DNA of 64,000 nt from an uncultured virus (IMG/VR IMGVR_UViG_3300035539_000076) (Duplodnaviria > Heunggongvirae > Uroviricota > Caudoviricetes), in IMG/VR virus record IMGVR_UViG_3300035539_000076; one strand, 5' to 3'. Below, in pieces: positions 39,084-47,589 of this stretch. Position 1 is the stretch's first letter. Each line of letters starts with the position of its first letter. The translations under genes and the position numbers were made by a program. The notes below the pieces were generated by a model. The model made no database searches. It was not told the DNA's origin and saw only the letters and a list, made by a program, of their open reading frames with translations.

Positions 39084-41042
39084 ATGCTTAACCAATATAT
39101 AAACACAACAGATCCATTTAAAGTTTATATCCCTAAAATGAATTCAGTTGCCACTAAATTGACTTACCAGGCTATTAAACAAGCAATCCAATATATATTA
39201 GATAATTATAATAAAGGCTCAATACAGGGCTATTTAAATACCTTCTTGTCCCATCTTCCAAATGAACATCCCCTCAACAGTCCTGATGGTCTATCTTTCA
39301 AAGAACTGTTAATCGAAATTAAGGAAGTAATCACGGGTACAAAAGATTATGCTCAAAATACCGATAAACAGACTTATGTAGCCTGTTTCTTTTTTGCTGA
39401 GCTTATACAGAATTTCTATGGCACTCAAACATCAGATAATACAGGCATTGCACCATATGTATATGAAAACATGTGGGAAAATTCACTAAATGTTAACAGG
39501 TTCGGTGGAAGTTACAGGGCAGAGCTAATTGAAGACTTCTTCTTATTGGCTACAATCTTCTCTGCAAGGGTGTTTGTAAAGGAACACCATAAGGCATGGA
39601 ATAAAGATATTGATGTACAGGGGATAGGAGAATACAATGCCTTAAAGGCTATATATAACATGGCTAAAAAAGACGATTTAATAAAGGAATATTCTAAGAT
39701 TATTGTAGGGTTATTGGGGCAAAAGTATGCAATGCATATGGTGATGGAAAACAGGACGGCAGAGGCTGAAGAGTTATCTAATGATATAATAAGGTTTGGC
39801 GAAACTATCTATGGTATTGTAGATTTTGACAAATTGAATGAAGTAGATATAGATCAAATGAGCAAATGGGCAGATGACCTGGCCTTGAATATGAATATAA
39901 TGAATGCAAGTTCAGATAGCAACGAAGGCAAAAGAAACGCTATACTCAATGACCAACCGTTAAATGGTATAAAATATATAGTGCCGGAAGCACAATACGC
40001 TGATTACATACTGGATGAAAATGAAGAACCCCATTCGGCAGATGATATAGCGGTAGTTGGGCATGAAGATATATTGGATAGCCATTCTAAATACTTAAGG
40101 ACAACAGATCCTGTAAAAAATGTTCAGTATTTAATAGACAAAAATACAGGTGAAAGATACTTCCCAGATGACTTTGCATCAACCGATCATAACCACGATA
40201 GGCAGGGATATGCCAGGATTGAAGATTTGGCAGATATAGATGCAGAATTTCTGTTAGGGGAAAAAGTAGAAGAGGCAGAGTTAAAAGGAATATTGGAACA
40301 ATTGACAAACACAAAAGAACAATCAAGTGTAGAATATGTAGAAGGAATACCATACTTAAGCGACAAAGTTGAAGGCTCTTTTTTTAGGCTATACACAACA
40401 GATGACTTTGCAGAAATAGGGCACAACCATGATAGTGTATTAATGCAGGAAACAGACATACCTATAGGAGCTAAGAAATTCTATGACAACATAAGCGGAG
40501 GAACATATGGTATGGATGACTTTGCCTTAAAAGGACACAAAAGCCATTACGATGAAGATGGTAATGAAATACACTACCTATCTAAAGAAGATAGGGCAGT
40601 TGCCTCTTATAGGCTGGGTGGAAAGGAAATAGACGAATTTGCTTTGGAAGGGCACGACCATGATGAAAGATACTACAAGAAAGAAGAAATGGTTGAGACT
40701 TTCAGGGATAAAAGAAATGTGGCTGAGGAAGATAAATATGTATCTGGATTGAATATATACCATGATAACGGTAACAAAGATAGCATGGTCCCAACCCAGA
40801 TCAGAATAGGAACAAAAACACTTGGCCCTGGAGAAAGTTACCTTCTACCATACGATAATATAGACTTCGTGCACATTACAGTTGTAGGAGATATAGAAGG
40901 CGGAGGACTACCAATACAAGGCGATGATGAAGAAGTATACTACGACGAAAATGGAATAGAAAGAAAAAGAAGAAGAATCAAGGTGACAAACCCAACTGGA
41001 GCATATTTGAGCTACAATTACTTGATAACCTTTAAGATGTAA
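39084..41042 (+). CDS. Putative tail fibre-like protein with repeated D[DE]FAxxxHxH[D] motifs
   Basis: DDFASTDHNHD, DDFAEIGHNHD, DDFALKGHKSH, DEFALEGHDHDERYY; HxH motifs are typical of trimeric fibres. Confidence 0.55.
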   Translation: MLNQYINTTDPFKVYIPKMNSVATKLTYQAIKQAIQYILDNYNKGSIQGYLNTFLSHLPNEHPLNSPDGLSFKELLIEIKEVITGTKDYAQNTDKQTYVACFFFAELIQNFYGTQTSDNTGIAPYVYENMWENSLNVNRFGGSYRAELIEDFFLLATIFSARVFVKEHHKAWNKDIDVQGIGEYNALKAIYNMAKKDDLIKEYSKIIVGLLGQKYAMHMVMENRTAEAEELSNDIIRFGETIYGIVDFDKLNEVDIDQMSKWADDLALNMNIMNASSDSNEGKRNAILNDQPLNGIKYIVPEAQYADYILDENEEPHSADDIAVVGHEDILDSHSKYLRTTDPVKNVQYLIDKNTGERYFPDDFASTDHNHDRQGYARIEDLADIDAEFLLGEKVEEAELKGILEQLTNTKEQSSVEYVEGIPYLSDKVEGSFFRLYTTDDFAEIGHNHDSVLMQETDIPIGAKKFYDNISGGTYGMDDFALKGHKSHYDEDGNEIHYLSKEDRAVASYRLGGKEIDEFALEGHDHDERYYKKEEMVETFRDKRNVAEEDKYVSGLNIYHDNGNKDSMVPTQIRIGTKTLGPGESYLLPYDNIDFVHITVVGDIEGGGLPIQGDDEEVYYDENGIERKRRRIKVTNPTGAYLSYNYLITFKM

Positions 41043-41101
41043 AGTGTTATACGATTGTGGTCAATAGATAAACTTTTTTTATTAATGAGGAGGTAATTTA
41101 G

Positions 41102-41446
41102 ATGATAAATGATGAATTTATAAAAACGGCTTTTTGGTTTCAAAAAGAACAAAATGGCAAGAAAAGTCTTACAAAGCATCTTCTTAAAGCGAGAAAACCT
41201 CATATGTATACTTTCACTTCTGGAGATAAGGGCTCTGGGGATTATGAATCAATATCCGTAAGATTAGACAAAAACTCGATTGAAGATTTAATAGATATAA
41301 TTCCTGAAAATACAATCCAAAAGTATTTGAATATGCCACCAAATCAAGCGAAAGAATCTATAGAAAAATACATTAGTGAAAACGATAGTTTTCTTGTTAA
41401 AAATTTAATGCAGATGATGACAGGGGCTATTAACAATATTTTCTGA
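41102..41446 (+). CDS. KTA-leader family protein (MINDEFIKTA)
   Basis: Shared leader and upstream AGGAGGTAATTTAGATGATAA. Confidence 0.7.
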   Translation: MINDEFIKTAFWFQKEQNGKKSLTKHLLKARKPHMYTFTSGDKGSGDYESISVRLDKNSIEDLIDIIPENTIQKYLNMPPNQAKESIEKYISENDSFLVKNLMQMMTGAINNIF

Positions 41447-41529
41447 GATAATTAATTTTCCTATCATGAGGTAACTACAACGATAAAAAATATAAAGAAA
41501 TTATAATACGCAAACAGGAGGTAATTTAG

Positions 41530-42114
41530 ATGATAAGTGATGAATTTATGAAAACGGCTTATTCAGTAGAAGAACAAAGACAAAGGTTGAAAGAAATGTA
41601 CAGTGGGAACGATGGCCATAATGGTGTATTACCAGGAATGTTAATGGGTAGTCTTGCAACTGTTGGAACTGCCGCAGCTGGAGCAGGACCTGCTGCAATC
41701 CCTATTGGAGCGTTAGCGGGGCTTGGGTTGGGTGCATTATCTAGTGGAGCTAGCAAAGTGCAAGCCAAGAAGAGAAAAGATATTTATAACCAAATGATAA
41801 ACGAATTACCAGATGATGTAGTTATGGAAACTCAAAATGCTTCTCCTGAAAAAATAGACAAACTATTAATGAGAACACCTACATTTAAAAAACATTATAC
41901 ACCTATGAATGGGCCTACAAATCCTACCGTAGTAAGGCAAACCACAAAAAATAGACAAGATTTTATTGGACAACAAAATCAAGAAGGAACAAACCCAGAA
42001 TATAGTCAAGCTTTAGATAAATATTTGGAAGATAATAAATATACAAAAAAAGAAAATTTCCAAAAAAATATAGCCCCAACTTTATTAAAAGGTTTTGGAA
42101 GAGCTATTATATAA
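41530..42114 (+). CDS. KTA-leader glycine-zipper protein (MISDEFMKTA)
   Basis: Leader plus GMLMGSLATVGTAAAGAGPAAIPIGALAGLGLGALSSG. Confidence 0.7.
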   Translation: MISDEFMKTAYSVEEQRQRLKEMYSGNDGHNGVLPGMLMGSLATVGTAAAGAGPAAIPIGALAGLGLGALSSGASKVQAKKRKDIYNQMINELPDDVVMETQNASPEKIDKLLMRTPTFKKHYTPMNGPTNPTVVRQTTKNRQDFIGQQNQEGTNPEYSQALDKYLEDNKYTKKENFQKNIAPTLLKGFGRAII

Positions 42115-42131
42115 ATAAGGAGGCAATTGCT

Positions 42132-42536
42132 ATGTTGAAAACTGCAAGATACTATAAGATTGCTGCATCTACAGAAGAATTGATGAATTATATAGACCGT
42201 AAAAAGCCTTTAGGGTATCAAAGAGCATTGGAAGGTGGACTAACAGGTGGGTTAGTAGGGGCAGCTGGTGGAGCGATTGGTGGAGGGACTGGCGGTATTG
42301 CTAACGAAAATCTTCCAGCAAAATGGCAAGAAAGGGCTGCCGCAGGTGCTATAGTTGGAGTCCCTGTTGGCGCTGCTGTCGGTTCTGTAATAGGAAGCAC
42401 TGCAGGATATTTAGGAAACGCTCTTCATAATAATAAAATAAAAAGAAAAGCGAACAAATTGACAGATGAAGAGAGAGATCAATTGATGAATAGAAGTTCA
42501 GAATATGTGTACGATTATTTAAACAAAATAAAATAG
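42132..42536 (+). CDS. KTA-leader glycine-zipper protein (MLKTARYYKIA)
   Basis: Leader variant shared with 62984; two GxxxG-rich helices. Confidence 0.7.
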   Translation: MLKTARYYKIAASTEELMNYIDRKKPLGYQRALEGGLTGGLVGAAGGAIGGGTGGIANENLPAKWQERAAAGAIVGVPVGAAVGSVIGSTAGYLGNALHNNKIKRKANKLTDEERDQLMNRSSEYVYDYLNKIK

Positions 42537-42549
42537 GAGGTTAGTAAAA

Positions 42550-42804
42550 ATGATAAGTGAAGAATTTATTAAAACTGCAGCAAACACTCTTAAGGAAAAA
42601 AGTGCACAATCAGAACAAAATGCTCAAGAACTTAGAAGACTTCAAGCAAAATATGTAGCACAAGGTAAATCTAATAAAGAAGCTATGAGTTTAGCGTTGA
42701 GGGATTATAATCAAAGTAGACAGCCAAAGCAAGACGGTACTGGACCACATGGCAAAGGAGCTGGACCGGGACAAGGTAAAGCCGATGGCTCTGGAATGAA
42801 ATAA
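42550..42804 (+). CDS. KTA-leader small protein (MISEEFIKTA) with DGTGPxGxG tail
   Basis: 84 aa, SD AGGAGG. Confidence 0.7.
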   Translation: MISEEFIKTAANTLKEKSAQSEQNAQELRRLQAKYVAQGKSNKEAMSLALRDYNQSRQPKQDGTGPHGKGAGPGQGKADGSGMK

Positions 42805-42820
42805 AAACACGAAATTCAAG

Positions 42821-42849
42821 TTGACAAAGATTAATATGTATGATACTAT
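42821..42849 (+). promoter_or_regulatory. Sigma-70 promoter upstream of the RNA gene cluster
   Basis: TTGACA-N17-TACTAT with extended TG. Confidence 0.7.
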
Positions 42850-43015
42850 AATTAGGAAAGGCTGAATTGGCTTTTCCTAATTTTTTTATGATAATGCGTG
42901 ATTGTCTCGTGTGTTCTGGTTATTATCGGCCATCACTTCAGCGAGTGGTACCTGTTTATACAGGGGACGGCTCCGATGACTCATTAGGTTTTGGAGTATA
43001 ACTAAAACCTTATTT

Positions 43016-43446
43016 GGGGACGACCTGGTATCGACGGGCATTATCGGTAACACCTTGGGCAGCAGAGGTTGACTATCCTCTTAAAACAAGTTGCTTAAAT
43101 ATAAACAACGAAAAACCAATGCCAATGGCTGCCTAGTCGCGCCATTCAGTGTTATTAGTAAGTTACAGTCTACTGAATATAACACTGCCATTTTAACAAG
43201 ACTGTCGTATAGAAGATTGCCTGCGGTCTGACTCACTCTATACGTATTATACAAAGACCGTTCTGGCACTTTGTTGATCTCTTGAGGGGAAATCCTTTTC
43301 AAAGGCTAGACTAAATAAAAGAGATATACCAAATTCTCGGCTAACTACACCATGAATTGGTGAACATTAAAGTAGTTAAAGCTGTAAAGACAACCAGGGT
43401 GTTACTGAATGTTCGGACGCGGGTTCGAGTCCCGCCGTCTCCACCA
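43016..43446 (+). ncRNA. ssrA: tmRNA (about 431 nt), tag frame ...NEKPMPMAA*
   Basis: 5' GGGGACG-ACCTGG-TATCGAC; 3' GACGCGGGTTCGAGTCCCGCCGTCTCCACCA; G3-U wobble acceptor stem; tag ends GCT GCC TAG at 43128-43136. Confidence 0.93.
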
Positions 43447-43451
43447 TAAAA

Positions 43452-43539
43452 GGAGATATAGTCTAATTGGTAAGGCAGTAGGTTGCTAACCTACCGTGGT
43501 TAATCCCACTTGCTGGTTCGAATCCAGCTATCTCCGCCA
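43452..43539 (+). tRNA. tRNA-Ser(GCT)
   Basis: Acceptor GGAGATA/TATCTCC, anticodon arm GTAGG-TTGCTAA-CCTAC, long variable arm, GCTGG-TTCGAAT-CCAGC, discriminator G, encoded CCA. Confidence 0.95.
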
Positions 43540-43544
43540 AAAGC

Positions 43545-43702
43545 GGCAGTCTTTTTTAGTTCTTGTTTTTGACTGCCATGTAATAAAACAAGAAACCCAG
43601 ACGATTAATGTCTCAACTTATTATAGTTGCATAGTGCTCGACTGTGGGGAAAATCGGGTAGACATTACTCGGGGGTTGGTCTATAAATAACTCCGTTTTT
43701 CC
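43545..43702 (+). ncRNA. Candidate structured RNA with pseudoknots downstream of tRNA-Ser
   Basis: Several complementary helices found by eye (see findings); no SD-led ORF; terminator at 43755-43786. Confidence 0.4.
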
Positions 43703-43754
43703 TAATATCATATAATACACATAAGACTTCTGTCTTATCTCCCATAAGAGTATT

Positions 43755-43786
43755 GGGGTAGGGGATCCCCCTGCCCTCTTTTTTTT
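43755..43786 (+). terminator. Intrinsic terminator of the RNA cluster
   Basis: GGGGTAGGGG-ATC-CCCCTGCCCT then T run. Confidence 0.75.
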
Positions 43787-43829
43787 ATTAAATTGGTTAA
43801 AGGGTAAACCAAAAAAACCCTAAAGGAGG

Positions 43830-44978
43830 ATGTATATGAAAGATTATGAAGGAAAAGTTGTTATGGATTTTGTTGTAAATGAAAGCGATTCGGATCAGCA
43901 AATAGGATGCGTGGTGTTTAACAAGGATGATAAAGCCTATATGAAACAAACATTTGATCTACAGGAGTTTCCTAAAATTCTTTATCCATTAAAGATGGCT
44001 TTATTGCAAAAAGTATTATATCCTGTGTTATATTTGGAACATAAAGCAGTTTCATATTCTGTATTTCTTTCAAGAAAAGAGGGAAGTTATTGGAATGAGT
44101 TTTATAGAAATGGTAATAGAACAAAGCCTGTTTTATGGGGCGTGTATACGGAATTACTACAAACTAATTTTAATATCACTCGCTCATTCCACGATATAAT
44201 AAACACCCAGGGTGGAGATCAAAAATCGTTTGACTATGCCGAAAGGAATTTTTCCAGTCTTATTAAAAGGTCGCTGGAAAAGGAAGAAGATGATATATCT
44301 GGAGATTATTTGATGAATTTGTCAAATGATTTTGTAGATTATATAAAGGATGAATATGCATACGAGCTATCTTATATCAACTCTTTTTATATTCCTGCTT
44401 TAATAAGAGAATCACAAATATCCTCACAGACATTTGAGATTAGAGGCGTTGGGGATGTACAAATGCAGTTGTATAAATCCGGATTGAAAACTCTTGCAGA
44501 TATACACCAAATACCTATTATTGATATGAAAACAGCAATATCTAAGTTATTTACCGAACAAGAAATATCTGAAATAAATAAAGTCTTGGATTTTTATAAA
44601 CATAGAGCAGTTGGAGCGACTATAGAAGATATATTGAGTAGCTTGTTTGGCCAACAAGAATTCGTGTATGATTTTAAAAAACAAAGGCCAAAACTAGATA
44701 AAATTTTTGAACCTATAATAGATTTTCTAACTTATTTCAAATTATCTAATACAAGTGATTTTACAACAACTAAGTTTTTGATTAAAAAAATAGAATCTAT
44801 GATAGATGATTTAAATGATCTCTCTAGCTATTTTGAAAGAGTGTTCGACGAAATAGACGGAATAAAGAAGATAAAGCCACAGACGCTAAATTTCGAAGGA
44901 TTTGGGTTAAATATAGATGGATATACGATGGATATGGAAAATTATGTTCAAGGAGGAAAAATTGAAGAAAAAGAATAA
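43830..44978 (+). CDS. Hypothetical protein
   Basis: 382 aa; SD GGAGG at 43825-43829 favours ATG 43836. Confidence 0.7.
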   Translation: MYMKDYEGKVVMDFVVNESDSDQQIGCVVFNKDDKAYMKQTFDLQEFPKILYPLKMALLQKVLYPVLYLEHKAVSYSVFLSRKEGSYWNEFYRNGNRTKPVLWGVYTELLQTNFNITRSFHDIINTQGGDQKSFDYAERNFSSLIKRSLEKEEDDISGDYLMNLSNDFVDYIKDEYAYELSYINSFYIPALIRESQISSQTFEIRGVGDVQMQLYKSGLKTLADIHQIPIIDMKTAISKLFTEQEISEINKVLDFYKHRAVGATIEDILSSLFGQQEFVYDFKKQRPKLDKIFEPIIDFLTYFKLSNTSDFTTTKFLIKKIESMIDDLNDLSSYFERVFDEIDGIKKIKPQTLNFEGFGLNIDGYTMDMENYVQGGKIEEKE

Positions 44979-44990
44979 GGAGATGTTGAT

Positions 44991-45449
44991 ATGATTATTA
45001 GTGGATTCCCTGGTATTGGGAAAACTTATTATGCAACAAATTTTGAAAACGCAAAGGATTTAGATTCAACACCATTTTCAAAGTTGGATAACGGTGAAAG
45101 AAATCCTGAATTCCCGAATAATTACATAAATAAACTAAAAGAAATTAAAGATGATTACGATATTATTTTTGTATCTTCACACAAAGAAACAAGAGATGCG
45201 TTAGCAAATGCCAACCTAGATTATATAGTCATCTATCCAGATTTGAAATTGAAAGGTAACAAGGAAGCATTTATGAAAAGATATAGAACAAGAGAACATC
45301 ATACCGATAGAGAAAGCTTTTTAAAATTAATGGAGAAGAATTTCGAAAAATTTGCAGAAGATTTGATGATGGATAAAAATGCACAAAGAATAATAAACAT
45401 AGATATAACAAAAGAAAATTTATCTGATATCATTAAAAATGATATATAA
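44991..45449 (+). CDS. P-loop NTPase / nucleotide-kinase-like protein
   Basis: IISGFPGIGKT Walker A, DLDS, YDIIFVSSH. Confidence 0.75.
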   Translation: MIISGFPGIGKTYYATNFENAKDLDSTPFSKLDNGERNPEFPNNYINKLKEIKDDYDIIFVSSHKETRDALANANLDYIVIYPDLKLKGNKEAFMKRYRTREHHTDRESFLKLMEKNFEKFAEDLMMDKNAQRIINIDITKENLSDIIKNDI

Positions 45450-45464
45450 CCAAATCTGGAAAGG

Positions 45465-45800
45465 GTGAATGATATGGATTTTCCTACAATATATTTCCCA
45501 GACTTCAAACAATTAGAAGTGTTGTTTTATTATGATGGTCCGAAACAAATCCTGGCTGAACGTAATGGTGTTAAACATGTGTTGCTGCATTTAGAACAGG
45601 ATGAAGAAAAACAGATATGGCTTGCTATAGAGTTGAATGAAGATGAATACAAGAAATATTGTGTCGAAGACTCGGTAACTCTTAGAGAAGTGATGGATGA
45701 TAAGTCCGAGTTCACCAAGATGGTTTTGGAGAACAACGGGTTCACGACTTATTCTAAGATCAAATACGATGATCTCGATGAAAGATATTTTCCTAAATAA
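45465..45800 (+). CDS. Hypothetical protein (LFYYDGP motif, DUF6575-like)
   Basis: 111 aa; family call tentative. Confidence 0.5.
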   Translation: MNDMDFPTIYFPDFKQLEVLFYYDGPKQILAERNGVKHVLLHLEQDEEKQIWLAIELNEDEYKKYCVEDSVTLREVMDDKSEFTKMVLENNGFTTYSKIKYDDLDERYFPK

Positions 45801-45845
45801 AATATTGGGGGCTACGGCCCCTTTTATAATACAAGGAGCGATAAC

Positions 45846-46124
45846 ATGACAGAATTAATATTGAATAACAAAGAAGAATACGATAAATTTGTTGAGCAAA
45901 TAGAGAAATCGGGGAAGAGGTTTATATGGAGTGCCCAGGAAGATTATAGGCCTTTGCAAGAAAGAAACCCTTATAACTATTTAAGTAACAACAAAGCTAT
46001 AATAGTGTATAAAGCGGATATGGGAAGCACATCGGGAGAGACTGAAGATGTCAAAGTATTGAGTTGGCGGGTCGATGATCATTATACTATAGATACAGCC
46101 AAAGAGTTTCTTGGCGTTATATGA
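45846..46124 (+). CDS. Hypothetical protein, distantly like the 57135 ORF (NNxxE..F.W..NPY)
   Basis: 92 aa, SD AAGGAG. Confidence 0.6.
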   Translation: MTELILNNKEEYDKFVEQIEKSGKRFIWSAQEDYRPLQERNPYNYLSNNKAIIVYKADMGSTSGETEDVKVLSWRVDDHYTIDTAKEFLGVI

Positions 46125-46131
46125 ATGAGTG

Positions 46132-46224
46132 TGGTATAATATAAATAACCAAACCGTGGCAAATGGACGTTGGTTTAATAATAATTTATTCTTTGTATTG
46201 CAGGGCTAATAACCCTGCTTTTTC
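46132..46224 (+). ncRNA. Candidate ~75-nt small RNA unit
   Basis: TGGTATAAT (46132-46140), AACCAA/TTGGTT stem, terminator GCAGGG-CTAATAA-CCCTGC-TTTTT; no ORF. Confidence 0.4.
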
Positions 46225-46263
46225 TTTACCTTTTTACACCTCATTTTATTATACTTATGTATG

Positions 46264-46437
46264 GTGGGGAAAAATTCCCCATAGTGTACAACTGTATGTG
46301 AGGAAAAATTCCCCACCCTCAACATATATCTGTTAATAACATTATAGAGAAGTGGGGAAAAATTCCCCAGGTGTATAAATGTATAGTGGGGAAAAATTCC
46401 CCATAGTGTACAAGTGTATGTGGGGAAAAATTCCCCA
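46264..46437. repeat. Five 18-bp palindromic repeats GTGGGGAAAAATTCCCCA
   Basis: Copies start at 46264, 46298 (one mismatch), 46352, 46386, 46420; periods 34, 54, 34, 34. Confidence 0.92.
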
Positions 46438-46499
46438 CCCTTGATACGGTAAAAAAAAGAGGGCAATATGCCCCCCTTATTAAGAATATTTTATAACAT

Positions 46500-47150
46500 T
46501 TATTTCATTAACAATCTAATAGTTTCTTTACCTTTAACAGTTACTAGTGTTTGGACTGAAGCAAAGTTTCCGCTTTTAAAATCCTTATATTCGAATAAAC
46601 CGTCATTTATGTGGTGTTGGTATGCTTTTAGTTTTTTATTTTTATCTCTGTATAAGAAGTCGTTATCCAAAAGCCAAGTTATCAATTTCTTTTGGCCCAT
46701 GTCTAATTCTTTAGCTGTATCCCTAAAGTTAGTTAATAATTGTCTGTCTACTAATTCGTCGAAGTATTCAGCTTTCGGTTTCATTGACCTATTTTCTAAT
46801 TCTAAGACTTTTCTTTTTTCTTGTTCTTCTTTTAGCTGTGTTGCTAATTGTATTAGGAAATCTGGGTCAGTCAATGCTTTTTCAAGAGTATCTTCAGTCA
46901 TGTACGCTCCGTGTTTTCTAATACTCGGCAATACTTCGTGAGTTACCCATCTTTTAAATTTCTTTGCTTCCGGAAGTTGGCTGCCGAAAATAGATGAATA
47001 TAAACCGCTTTCGTTTATTAGCATTAATGTGAAAACATTTGGATTGTTTTCTAATTTTACGATAGTTCCATTTTCGCACAACCCTTGGTATTCCTTGCTT
47101 TGAGGGTTTATTTTTATTTTGTCTTCTTCATCGACATGATCATACATCAT
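46500..47150 (-). CDS. BRO-N/ANT(KilAC) phage antirepressor, N-terminally truncated
   Basis: HVDEEDK, INESGLYSSIFGSQLPEAKKFKRWVTHEVLPSIRKHGAY, PKAEYFDELVD..NFRDTAKEL..QTLVTVKGK. Confidence 0.85.
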   Translation of the reverse strand: MMYDHVDEEDKIKINPQSKEYQGLCENGTIVKLENNPNVFTLMLINESGLYSSIFGSQLPEAKKFKRWVTHEVLPSIRKHGAYMTEDTLEKALTDPDFLIQLATQLKEEQEKRKVLELENRSMKPKAEYFDELVDRQLLTNFRDTAKELDMGQKKLITWLLDNDFLYRDKNKKLKAYQHHINDGLFEYKDFKSGNFASVQTLVTVKGKETIRLLMK

Positions 47151-47345
47151 TTGTCAATTTCATACCCTCCCTATTTTAAGTTAATAATTTCAATATTTTT
47201 TCTTTTCATATAATCGTATAAAGGTTCAGATTTAGTCTCATAGAAATAAAGCGAAGTGCCTTCGTTGTATTCTACAGAATAAAATATATATGGTTCTTTG
47301 TTAACAAATTTAATATATTTACAAAAAATAGATTTTTCCATATAA

Positions 47346-47543
47346 TTACTCCTTTAAAAAATTTATATTTGGAAACCAAGAAACTTCATTTTGAGTATAT
47401 TCTTTTCCATTTTTATCTTTGAAAACTGTTGTTATTGAAAACTCATAACATTTTTCACATATAGCCTTATCGTTATCAACTATTATAAAATTTCTCCTAT
47501 GATCGAGCTCATATCCGCAAATAGAACACTTCAAATCAATCAC
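47346..47543 (-). CDS. Small zinc-finger protein
   Basis: CSICG...ICEKC. Confidence 0.55.
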   Translation of the reverse strand: MIDLKCSICGYELDHRRNFIIVDNDKAICEKCYEFSITTVFKDKNGKEYTQNEVSWFPNINFLKE

Positions 47544-47589
47544 CCCTTTTTACTTTTGTAATGTTGTTTTTCAAAACTGAAGAATATAG

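Noticed and set aside
41530..42536. Bacteriocin precursors
   Set aside because: Glycine-rich helices resemble them, but there is no double-glycine leader, transporter or immunity gene; the shared KxA leader fits virion cargo better
43081..43690. ORFs 43081..43302 (-) and 43496..43690 (+)
   Set aside because: Overlap tmRNA and tRNA-Ser; no SD
46264..46437. CRISPR array
   Set aside because: Repeat is only 18 bp, three spacers are 16 bp and similar to each other, and no cas genes are seen
46206..46466. 86-aa minus-strand ORF over the palindromes
   Set aside because: Repeats fall in different frames, no SD, and it starts inside a terminator hairpin
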